The notes under the pieces: model-generated
The model's input: only the letters and a program-made list of their open reading frames with translations
Database searches by the model: none
Told to the model about the DNA's origin: nothing
Assembly: GCA_964019335.1 (NCBI GenBank)
Contig: OZ025659.1
Span: 62,001 to 126,000, forward strand
DNA from: Diplonema japonicum
Taxonomy: Eukaryota; Protista; Euglenozoa: Diplonemea
DNA length: 64,000 nt
Direction of reading: 5' to 3'
Program-made: the position numbers and the translations under genes
Shown: in pieces, positions 34,093 through 45,299 of the stretch
Layout: each line of letters opens with the position of its first letter
Numbering within the stretch: position 1 is the first letter of the stretch

Positions 34093-35244
34093 TCACCCGA
34101 CCTTCAGCCCGGTTTCCATTTGACACCAGGTTGTGTTTATGTCGATCTGTTTCTCTTTTTGAAACCAAACTGCATTGTTCGCCTTGTCCGTCACAAGCGC
34201 GCTCTCGATGGGCCGCGGGAAGTCGGAGAGGTTGTGGACCGATATAAAATCATTGCACGCCTTCACAGCGGCGTCCACGTTCCAATCGTCGACAATCCAG
34301 AACCCCCCAGGGAGAAGCCTATGATATGTATTACACAACACGTCAAGCGTCGATTTATACATATCACCGTCCAGCCGAAGCACGGCGAGGCTGGGAAGCG
34401 TGGGTTCTAATGGTGGCAACGAATCCCCAAACCACCCTTTTACAAACATAACCCTGTCGTCTAACAAATTGTACCTTGAAAAATGGTCCCTTACAATCTC
34501 AAGGGGGACGGAGACGTAATTAAGGCTGGCCCAGAACCGGGCGTCTTTCGGGTGTTCTTTTTTAGGTAGACCCTCGAAACTATCGACAACGAAAACTTGT
34601 TGTGTGATGTTATAAGCTTTGAAGAAACCTTTTGCGTACACACACGATCCGCCCCTCCACACACCGGCTTCTAAGAATGCTCCGTTTAGGTTTTGTTTTA
34701 GATACGCGTCGACGAGAAGATCATGTAAAGCTTCGATTCGCTTTACACCCGTCATTGTAAGACCGCCAGCAGGCCAATCCATGCCTACAAGGCGTTTTAA
34801 AGGGTCGTGGGGTGTTCGTTTCAACCTTCTACCGACGTTTGGCTCGTATGAGTCAGTTCCCAGGAGCACACCTGTGATGGAATTCCTTAGTGTGTACAGG
34901 TATTGGTCCTCAAGAGTCTTCACACTTGTAGTATTACAGTATCCCTTTCGAATGCATAGTTTTTCGCCGTGGTCGACGAGGGGTCGCTCTGCCTCTTTTA
35001 CACGGGTTGTACATTGTTTCTCGGCTGACTCTGTTGCGTCTTTCACTTCTTTCAAACAGTTTCTCTCGACGCATATTTGGCACGGAAAACAAGCAGGGCA
35101 CACCGGACAGACCGGGCAATTTGGTTTTTTCGCGACCATCTCCCTCAAGACCTTGACCTCGCCTTCCAGAACCATCAGCCGCTCCCGTTCGTACACCCAC
35201 AGTGCTATCATTACACATAGAAGGCCCAGCACTGGTTTTAACAT
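34093..35244 (-). CDS. TylF/MycF/NovP-family O-methyltransferase with N-terminal membrane anchor
   Basis: TMTG..R, EAGVWRGG, DSFEGLP, KGWF.DSLP, LRLDGDMYKST, GG..IVDDW. N-terminal TM followed by a CPVCPVCPAC stalk. Confidence 0.9.
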   Translation of the reverse strand: MLKPVLGLLCVMIALWVYERERLMVLEGEVKVLREMVAKKPNCPVCPVCPACFPCQICVERNCLKEVKDATESAEKQCTTRVKEAERPLVDHGEKLCIRKGYCNTTSVKTLEDQYLYTLRNSITGVLLGTDSYEPNVGRRLKRTPHDPLKRLVGMDWPAGGLTMTGVKRIEALHDLLVDAYLKQNLNGAFLEAGVWRGGSCVYAKGFFKAYNITQQVFVVDSFEGLPKKEHPKDARFWASLNYVSVPLEIVRDHFSRYNLLDDRVMFVKGWFGDSLPPLEPTLPSLAVLRLDGDMYKSTLDVLCNTYHRLLPGGFWIVDDWNVDAAVKACNDFISVHNLSDFPRPIESALVTDKANNAVWFQKEKQIDINTTWCQMETGLKVG

Positions 35245-35896
35245 TTCTTTTTTCCCCTCCCGCCCCTTCCCCCCTTTTTTGATGGGAAAAAAAAGGGAAA
35301 AGGAGTGATAAATATATTTATAAAAAAAAAGGAAAGAAGAAAACAAGAAGAAAGTATGAGGGAAAATAAAAGATGGAATTGGAAAGTAGAGAAGAGGGGG
35401 GGACAAAAAAAAACAAAGGATATCGACATGCATTTCCCCCCCCCCCTTTTTTTGTTTCTTGAGAAGTACTGGCCATTGCCTGCCTCTTATCCTTGTTGTT
35501 TAATCATTTTCTTTTTTTTTCTTTTCCTTCCCCTCCCCTCTTCCTTTTTTTTTGTTTTGTTTCTTTTTTTTTTTCTTTCTTTTTTTTTTTTAGATTTTAC
35601 ATAGGAACTGAGTACACGTTCAGCCACCACTTTAAAAAAGGAAGTGGATTATTATATTGTACCCTACCCTTTTTTCCCTCCTTTTTTTTTTGAACCAAAA
35701 AAAAAGTAAGAAAAGAAAAGGAGAAGAATAAATAAAAAAGAAAAAGAAACAGTACCCAACCATACACCCCCCCCCCCCCCCATCTCCCCCCGTTTTATAA
35801 AATTGGAAGAAAGGAAAGAAAAAAAAAAGATGACATAACTTACGCATGACACCCCAAAAAAAAAATTCTTCCTTTTTTTTTCCCCCCCCCTTTCTC

Positions 35897-38800
35897 TTAT
35901 TTATCAGTGCAGTCTCCAGGCCACGCTGGAGCCTCGTCCAACTGAAGATTGCTTACCTGAGCACAACCCAAAATTCTTTCAGGCATTTCTTTGTCGTCCC
36001 TCGACTCGATGCAACAACCGACGTGCAACTTGAACTGTGGGATCGCAGTCCACATAGAGTATAAAGCGACCCGTGCAGGGTACGCCCAGCACCGGAGGTT
36101 ACTGTCAATCTGAAGATGCCGGTCTGATCGGTGTACTACTCCAGACCGGGTGATGAGGACGGGCTTGCCATTGTATCGTGAGAAGGCCTTCGGGACTCCC
36201 TTTTCTGCCCGCACGAGGATCTGGAAAGTGGTTTTAAAATGGACAATAAAAAAAAAAAAAATAGCTATTTACTGCCAACAAGTAATGACTTTACCGTTAC
36301 CTCGAGGTCGGTAAAGCATTACTTGGCGGTAGGTAAGTGGTTTTATTTCACGACACTCTGAAATTACTTCACCACGAGGGGCACAACAGGGTGACAAGGG
36401 GTACAACAAGAGAGGGGTTACAAAGGTTACAATACAAGTTGTTTTCCCTCCTTTTGTTGACTAAGAGCTGCCGCTGTCGCTGGCATTGCCACTGTCACCA
36501 TCTCTAATCAGGCCTTCCCATACCTGGCGCGGCCGCTGGCTCCTTTTTTTCTGCTGCTTCGGTATTTTGAAGTCTTTTGGGGTGCTTGGGTAAGCTGACT
36601 ACCCTTACCCACAGAAGAGTTACCCACAGAAACTGGGAACAAGGCCTAGCCAAAAGTGGGCAAATTGGGAGGAAAAAGTAGTCCAACTTGGAACTGAGCC
36701 GAGGCAAAAGTTGGCCAATTGAGCTGAACCTGGGGGGAAATAGCAAACTGAGAGGAAAAAGTAGCCCCACTGGGAACCGAACCGAGGCAAAAATTGGCCT
36801 ACCGAGGCATATTATTTACCGGAAACCCCCTATTACTTCACGGAAAACAGGCCATTATTTCACCGTGAAGTAATGAGATTTAGCGTGAAGTAATGAGATT
36901 TAGCGTGAAGTAATGGGCCCCCCAGTGCGTGAAGTAATTTCTGAAGAGTGAAATAAAAATAAAAAAAAAACATTACCTTAAATCTCCCTAGGAAGGGGTT
37001 GCTGCCCCCAGAGGCGCCTTTTTCGGGCACTTTTTCGTAATACTCCTTCAGAAGCTTCGCTGCAGGTATGTCCTCCCAATTTTCTGCGGTTGCTTTTTTC
37101 AGCCCAAACGTGACAACAACATTCGCCACAGGGCCGTTTGACGAACCCCACACAGATGGCGCCTCGCAGAATGGAAGCTGAAGATTGAAGACAACATGCG
37201 AAGGGAGTCCGTTTGTGTTGAATTCGACCATTGGGAGCTTTAGCCTGCTTCCTATGTTCTGTACGGGGTCCGGCGACTTCCACAGATCGACCCCGACCAG
37301 ATGGTAGATGGAGTCCAGGCTCGGTATTTTTTCCCCGGTTTTCTTGTACCCGATGTTGCGCAGGTTCCACCCCTCGGCCCACCCTTCGCTGCACGTGTTG
37401 GGGCCCATCTCTTCGATCGATCCCTTAGGCTGCATGTCGACGTGGCCGTTCCCTGCCCTTGGAGCCTCCTCTGGCCCAACCCATTCAGAGGCAGATGCCA
37501 TTGACAACGCGTCTAAGTCCAGAGGAGAGGTGCGCTCCAAGAGGGACAAGTCCACCCCACCCCAGTGGTCGCTGTTTTGAGGTGTTCCCGCAGGGGTGAA
37601 GAACTGATTTTTTGTTTCTTCTTTTTTTGATAAAAACATACCCCAGCCTCTTCCTCAGGCAAGTACAGACTTTCAAGCTCATCTAATGTTGTTGCAGCGT
37701 CGACTTTGTCACGGAGGTCCTGAGGTGAAAAGGTTCCCCCCCCTTTTTTGTTCTCTTCATACCGCGACGACAGGTGGTTCTTCTTCTTCGTCCCAAGGTG
37801 CACCACCGGTTGCTTGTTGGAGGGCCTTTTGCAGCTCGTTTATCTTGTCCTTGAGCCTTTTGATCTCATGTTTCTTTTTGTTCATAATCCGTTCGTGTTC
37901 CGCGACAGACATCATTTTCCCGCTTCGAGATGGCACGGCGGGCCCCGCCCCTTCGTCGTCGCTTTGCGCTGAAGTGCTGAAGTCGGAGAGATGCTTCTTG
38001 CTTGCCACCGAGACAACATGCAGAGCGAGACCTTTGCCTGAGTGGAACCCAGTGTCGAGAAGCGATTCTCCCGGCATCACTCGCTGTTGCCTCCCTGCCG
38101 AGGGACCCGCAGAGGGACCTGCGAAGTACACAGCTTTCGAATCCCACGATGAATCCTGTTCCCTTGCTCCCTGCCATGTTGAGTCGGAGTCCAGGTATTG
38201 GTGCACCTTCTTTGCGGTCACGAAGGCACCAGGGACCGAGATGTGTCTTGACTCGACAGTGTTCCCCCAGCCCCATAGGACAACCATGATTTTCAAGTTG
38301 TGGTTCACCCATGGGATGAGGCCTTTGAGGAGTGAGTCCGGAAGGAACTCGCCGGTTTTTCGTTTTCGGAGCATCCCGATGACCCTGAGCTGCTTCAAGG
38401 TGTGCAGGCTAGCAGCGTCTTCTGGTTTTTCGGGTGTTTCTTTAGGGATTTTTACTTCGATTTCGAATTCCCGAGGAGCTGTGGAGACGCAGTTGGCGGT
38501 TTGTTTCTCGTCGCCAGCTGTTATCAGGGTATCCCCGACACGTGTTATCTGCAGGCCGGTGACAAGCCCGGCAGCAGCCGCGGGGCTGTTGCTGTCGACA
38601 CTTTCAATGAAGGCCTTTCGTAGGCGAAGGCCTACAGGTCCGCCTTCTGTTTTCCTTCTCACAGTGAAGATTTTTCTAGTTTCCTGGGATCGGATTAGGT
38701 AGTTTTGTGCTTTCTGGACGGTTTGTATCCACACCCCTGCCTCCCTTGCGGATTGCAGCCTCAGCCTCAGAGTGTGCACCCCTGCTTCTTGAGAACTTGC

Positions 38801-39034
38801 ATGGACTACTTCTATGTATCTGTCGGAGGAGTGGCCGGGTTCCAGCCTCAGCCTGGCCCTTTTAAGATCGGACAGCTTCCTAGTCGTCCTGTCCTCCCGG
38901 TCGTGGCTTCTTATGAATTGGCAGGTTTTCCCTTTGAACTCACACCACCGAAGCGACCACCCAAGTTTCGTCTTCATCTCCACAGACCCGGAGATGTCGG
39001 GGGGCTGGTCGTCCGTCAATGTCATGCTCAGCAT
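35897..39034 (-). CDS. PH + PDZ + coiled coil + EDR2 C-terminal-like (DUF1336) protein; 4 exons
   Basis: ORFs 37757-39211, 36860-37639 and 35897-36214 join in frame through GT-AG introns (two short ones plus 36221-36976). DUF1336 motifs: LRNIGYKKTGEKIPS, GRFK|IL, YNGKPVLI, IESRDDKEMPERILG. Confidence 0.75.
36341..36958. mobile_element. MITE-like element in intron
   Basis: Imperfect ~40-bp terminal inverted repeats (TTTTATTTCAC...GAAATTACTTCAC) and tandem subterminal CGTGAAGTAATGAGATTTAG units. Confidence 0.55.
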
Positions 39035-39049
39035 TTTCTCCCCGTGTGT

Positions 39050-39080
<31 letters not shown>

Positions 39081-39173
39081 CCACCCTCTGGGGGTTTTAA
39101 AGTTAGGGGTACGATTTTTTTTTTAGAGGAAAAAAAAAAGAAGTGAGAGAATTTTTCTTTTTTGGTTTGCTCT

Positions 39174-39204
<31 letters not shown>

Positions 39205-39241
39205 GGCACATGAATACACAAAAAAAGTTTTTTCTCCCATT

Positions 39242-40396
39242 TTATCGCTCGGATCTGTACTCCATCATTCGCATCTGGAAGCTTCTTGTAGACGTGTACT
39301 TCCCGTACAGCTTGTGCATCCAGTAAAGCGACCCTGCTGTTGAGGTTGTGAACCATGCTGCACGAGCGTATCTGAAATATTTCCAGGCGTTTCCTCCGCG
39401 CCGTCTCGCAGTGCGTTGAGCGAAGAGAGCGGCGCCTGGCGTGACAAGAGTACAAGCGAATATTTGTGCAGCCATGGTATACAACTCCGTGGTGGGGACT
39501 CTTTGCGCATTCTCGACATCAGCCAACGTTGTAACCCCAAACTTTTCCGCAACACCCTCAACATGGGCAGCACCAACCACTGCGACTGACGTCTTCGCCA
39601 TCTCCGAAACCTTGTGGATCTGGTACGCCAGTACGGAGTCCCGTTCTCTGAGCAAAGGTGTGACAATGCCCTTAAGATAAACGGTTTCTTCCAAAGCGGA
39701 GAGAACCGCTCTCCAGCCGTCCCAATCCGCGAGTTTCTCAGAGATGCTACGCATTTCCTGGTAAGTTTCTGGAGTGATCTTCTGTTCCATTAAATCGTCA
39801 AGGCGGGAGGAGTACGCCTCCACCTCTGCGACGCACGGCAGTATCTTCCCGAAGACGTCGTTGGTGTATATATCGGAAGCTAGCTTAACAGGTCCGACCT
39901 CGAACCATAAGGAGGTCGCACATTTCAAGAGAGTTGTGGAGACTGGGGTATCGATTGGGTACACCTTGACTTCGCGGTATTTCTGAGCTTCCTCTATGGC
40001 AGCCATTTGTTCCGCTCCGTCGTAGGTTTGGAGGATAGCTTCCATTCTCGATAGTTGCAGCCCTACCAACCAGAATGTAGGGGATAACAGGGTCGGTGCC
40101 ATTATTCTTAAATTCTCGAATTTTGTGATGTCAGGTATTACAGAGGCTTCCCAGTCCCTGCCGATTGCGCTGGACAGGACATCGAGCCTGTCCCAGCAGA
40201 GTTCAACCAAACAGCAGTCGGGTCGTGCCCACTTCACGATCCTCCTCACGTCCTCCCTGCTTCCCAAGCTCATGTGGCTTACACCTACTATGTGGACTGT
40301 GTTCCCGTTTGTTTTGTTGCGAAGCGTCTCTGCACGGCACACCGCGCCTTCCTTCAGGTTGTCGGGCAGGGATGGTGGCCTTATCCATGTTTTCAT
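39242..40396 (-). CDS. TraB-domain protein
   Basis: VHIVGVSHMS..S..DV......PD..LVELC..R, GAE..AA...A, L.ERD..LA, VAVVGAAHV.G; C-terminal hydrophobic segments. Confidence 0.85.
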   Translation of the reverse strand: MKTWIRPPSLPDNLKEGAVCRAETLRNKTNGNTVHIVGVSHMSLGSREDVRRIVKWARPDCCLVELCWDRLDVLSSAIGRDWEASVIPDITKFENLRIMAPTLLSPTFWLVGLQLSRMEAILQTYDGAEQMAAIEEAQKYREVKVYPIDTPVSTTLLKCATSLWFEVGPVKLASDIYTNDVFGKILPCVAEVEAYSSRLDDLMEQKITPETYQEMRSISEKLADWDGWRAVLSALEETVYLKGIVTPLLRERDSVLAYQIHKVSEMAKTSVAVVGAAHVEGVAEKFGVTTLADVENAQRVPTTELYTMAAQIFACTLVTPGAALFAQRTARRRGGNAWKYFRYARAAWFTTSTAGSLYWMHKLYGKYTSTRSFQMRMMEYRSER

Positions 40397-40564
40397 CTTT
40401 TTTTTCAAATACCTGGGAAGACGGGTAGAAAGAGAAGGGGGGGAGGGGGGATGAATAAAGAAAAAAAAAGCTCATTTCTGAGATGGAGGGGGGGAGGGGG
40501 AGTTATTTTTCTTTTTTTTAAAAATTGGGTTAAAAAATGTAAAAAAATAAAATAAAAAATTTGT

Positions 40565-41242
40565 CTATTTCGAAGATTGCACAGGTAACGGTCCATCCAT
40601 GCCGCTGTTGAGGAAGGCATTCTCTTCATCCTGTCTTTGGGAGATGACAAGGTGGGTTATCTGAGGATTTTTTTTCTTCTTTTTTCCCTCCCAACCCCAT
40701 ACCAGTTTATCAAATTCAGCCTTCCAGTTGGTCTCTGCAGTATAGTCGAGTGAGGTGGCAAGGCATCGAATATCTTGTAGTTTTCCGGAGAGCCGCGGTT
40801 TTTGGGTTTTGACGTTGCCTTGTGGAGGCGTCGATCGGTGGGCGAAAACAAGACACTTGTCGTCCTTTATGACCGGTGTCTCTGGACCAAGCACACCGGC
40901 GGGTGTGGTGAAGGTCTTGTGCCACAGCTCAAGCTCCGCGAGCTGGGTTTTTTGTTCGATATTGTAAACGTAGAGAATCCCTTGAGTACCGGCGGCAACT
41001 GCAGGCCAGCACGCCTGATATCGGTGGTTGCCCGACACATCCCACAGCTCCACCACTATCTTCACGGATCTCCCTGGTAGATTCAGCCCCTCCGGCTCAA
41101 AATCCAATATCCTCACACCCACCGTTTCCCTGTAAACCGACGATGGTGTGTCCTTGAAATTTGAAAGATAATCCGCCAAACACGTCTTCCCAGACTTTGT
41201 TGGCCCGAGAAGCACTATCTTTATCCTCTCTTCCACTACCAT
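40565..41242 (-). CDS. IFT22: Intraflagellar transport protein 22 (RABL5); in-frame 42-nt intron 40661-40702
   Basis: GPTKSGKT.LADYLS, TVGVRILDFE, VELWDVSGN..Y..CWPA. Confidence 0.9.
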   Translation of the reverse strand: MVVEERIKIVLLGPTKSGKTCLADYLSNFKDTPSSVYRETVGVRILDFEPEGLNLPGRSVKIVVELWDVSGNHRYQACWPAVAAGTQGILYVYNIEQKTQLAELELWHKTFTTPAGVLGPETPVIKDDKCLVFAHRSTPPQGNVKTQKPRLSGKLQDIRCLATSLDYTAETNWKAEFDKLVWGWEGKKKKKNPQITHLVISQRQDEENAFLNSGMDGPLPVQSSK

Positions 41243-41559
41243 TATTTTTTATTGTTGTGTGTGTCCCCCTTGGGAAAAAAATGGGGGAAGAAATATACAA
41301 AAAAAAAAAAAAAACAATAAAAAAAAACGGTAGGGTGTGAGGGTGGGGGTCCCGGAAAAAGAAAATGAAAATCAAAAGAAATAGAGGGGGGGGAACAAAA
41401 AAAAGAAAAGAGGGGAAAAAAAAAACCACTATTGAATAAAAAAAAATACCAAGGGGATGGGAGAGAATAAAAAGGGGGGGGGGGGGTGGCGGGAGAACAC
41501 ACACTGTGGTTTCCTCATCCACTTTTTTTTTTTTTTAAATTTTTCTTTTACTTTTCCGC

Positions 41560-41626
41560 TCAGAGCGAGCCGTTGGAGGTCATGGAAGCCCTGGTCTCGA
41601 GGTCGTAACGGGCGTTCTCGGGCAGC

Positions 41627-41677
<51 letters not shown>

Positions 41678-42045
41678 CCCACATACATTCCGGTGTACCA
41701 CTCCGATCTCACGTAAGTCTTCACACGGGCCTGGTCCTGGGGGGACATGGCCTCGAAATTCTCCCAACCGTGCCTCTTGTGGATTGTGGCGGCCATGTCA
41801 TCTTGCTTCTGCTTACCATTCGCAATGCAGTTGTAGTTCGCACAGTACAAAAAGAGTGCCAGAGCCATCCTTGCATCGGGGAACATGACCAGCCCCCCGT
41901 ACATGTTCATGGTGGTACCCTTGCCCACGGCGTTCATTGCGTTGAGCCTCCACCTGGTGATGCCACCAAGGAAGCCATCCGGGGTGTAGGCCCTGTTGTT
42001 GTAAGTCAAGGCCGCGAAAGTGGGGGAAGAAGCACCCTGTCCCAT
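41560..42045 (-). CDS. Small hypothetical protein (possible mitochondrial membrane subunit); 2 exons
   Basis: C-ending codon bias like the ATPA and tubulin genes; MGQGASS start; one hydrophobic segment; intron 41630-41686. Confidence 0.68.
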
Positions 42046-42302
42046 TTTTTTATTTTTTTAATAACTCTTCTCCTATTTTTCTTTGTTTGTTTCCCAAGAA
42101 ATTATTCCACAAAAAAAAATAGAGAGGGAGAAGGTAAAAAAAAAAGTGTGGTTTTGTGGTTGGGTGGGTGGGGGGTGGGGGGTTGAGGACATTCAGGTTT
42201 AACAAGGGGGTAAACATTAGGGGGAGGGGAGGGAAAAGATTATGTTTTTTTTTTTTTATTTCTTTCTTTTTTATTTCTTTTTTTTATTTCATTCTTCTAC
42301 AC

Positions 42303-43754
<1,452 letters not shown>

Positions 43755-43991
43755 TTAGGGAGGGAACAGGAAAGGAGGAAGGTGCGGAAAAGAACAAGTC
43801 AAGCCTTTGTGGTTTTTTCCCAGCAAAAGGGAAAAAAACACATTCAAAGCTGAATAGTGGGAGGAAGAAGGGCGGGAGAGGGAGAAGGGTAAATGGGGCA
43901 TTTTCTTTTGAGGCGCGGGTCTTACAGAAGAAGTCAACCGGGCCTTTTGTTTCGCCCCATCTTTTCTGGCTTTGGGTCGTGTCGTCTTATT

Positions 43992-44240
43992 TTAATTCTC
44001 GAGGAAAATCGAGACACATAAATGTGAATCGATAAAAAGGGCTTCCAGCACGTCGTCGGCTCTGTCCATGAGAGTGTCCGCCACTACCCCCCTGAAGGCG
44101 TCCATAGTGTCCGCCAGCGACGAGGCCAGCGATGTCACCGTCAGCGGCTTGGAGGTCGATGTTGCAGCTGGTGCTGTGTCCTGTGCCCCTGTCAGGAGCA
44201 CAACGGCCCCAAACGCCAGAAGTGTCCTCAAGCTTCCCAT
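43992..44240 (-). CDS. Short signal-peptide ORF, possibly a truncated gene or first exon
   Basis: MGSLRTLLAFGAVVLLTGA signal-like N-terminus; no downstream exon found. Confidence 0.35.
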   Translation of the reverse strand: MGSLRTLLAFGAVVLLTGAQDTAPAATSTSKPLTVTSLASSLADTMDAFRGVVADTLMDRADDVLEALFIDSHLCVSIFLEN

Positions 44241-44538
44241 TTTGTTAGCTGACGTAGAGGTACCTCCCTTTTCTTTTTTTGAAAGTACTTTGTGTATGTG
44301 TTAAGAAACCTGTGTGCGTGTGTGATTGTTCTTCTTTTTTGCATTTCAAGACGAGGGAGAAGAAAAAAAAAAGAGAAAAAAAAGTACACGTCCTTATGCA
44401 AAAGAGAAGAAGAAAAAAAAAACTATGTACATAAGGTGCATGGGAATATCTACCGTTTTTCTTTTTTTTTTTTTGGAGAAGAGGAAAGGGAGGAGATGTG
44501 CATGGAAACACACAAATTCTTTTTTGAAAACGCAAAAA

Positions 44539-45242
44539 AAACTCAAATTAACATGCAAACTCCCAGAGCGAAAGCCGCATGCCCTAAAAAGGGGGGGGGG
44601 GGTATGGTCAGTACTAGGTATCTCTCAGTTTCGATCTAATCTTGCGACTCCTCCAAGTGCTGATCTCTTCAGGCAAGAAGCACCCTTCTTTGGCTCCCAC
44701 TAGCGTCCCAGCAGGTTTGGAGAGTACTTTTCCCGACCACGGTCTCCGCATTCGCTCTGTGGACAAGGCTATGGAGAGCCAGGTCCTTAGTGGCTCCTGC
44801 GCGGGTGGGGGGACGGAAATTATCTTAGCAGGCTAAGTGGCATTGTGGGCTGAGGCATCGTATCCCTTATTTCTTTACACGACCAATGTCCATGAGGGAT
44901 ACTCACAGCACGGCCAGATGCGGTATGCATGCGCCCTGCGGACCGGTTGGGGCCGGGGGGCCGCAGGACAAGGCTCGCAACCCCGACAATGGCGCAGCTA
45001 GCCCACGCAGATAATAGAAACTCAAATTAACATGCAAACTCCCAGAGCGAAAGCCGCATGCCCTAAAAAGGGAGGGGGTATGGTCAGTACTAGGTATCTC
45101 TCAGTTTCGATCTAATCTTGCGACTCCTCCAAGTGCTGATCTCTTCAGGCAAGAAGCACCCTTCATTGGCTCCCAATAGCGTCCCAGCAGGTTTGGAGAG
45201 TACTTTTCCCGACCACGGTCTCCGCATTCGCTCTGTGGACAA
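44539..45242 (+). repeat. Direct repeat (44539-44766 / 45018-45242) defining a ~479-nt structured monomer, followed by an A run
   Basis: The copies differ by two substitutions and G-run length. Many nested stems (GTATCCCT/AGGGATAC, CCTGCGG/CCGCAGG, GTGGGCT/AGCCCAC, ATTATCT/AGATAAT, CTTAG/CTAAG). Confidence 0.9.
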
Positions 45243-45299
45243 AAAAAAAAAAAAACGAAAAAGGAAAAAAAAAAAGCAAAACACCCCCGCCAAGATAAA

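Noticed and set aside
36864-36940. CRISPR-like repeat array
   Set aside because: Head-to-tail 20-bp units without unique spacers, in a eukaryotic intron, with no cas genes.
44615-44700. Complete hammerhead ribozyme on the minus strand (CUGAAGA-GAUC...GAUC-GAAAC; also in copy 2)
   Set aside because: Stem II and the core bases are present, but I found no NUH site that closes both stem I and stem III in type I or type III topology. Kept only as a half-core observation.
44539-45242. TRIM/LTR retrotransposon
   Set aside because: The repeats lack TG...CA ends, an adjacent primer-binding site, a polypurine tract and a clear target-site duplication.
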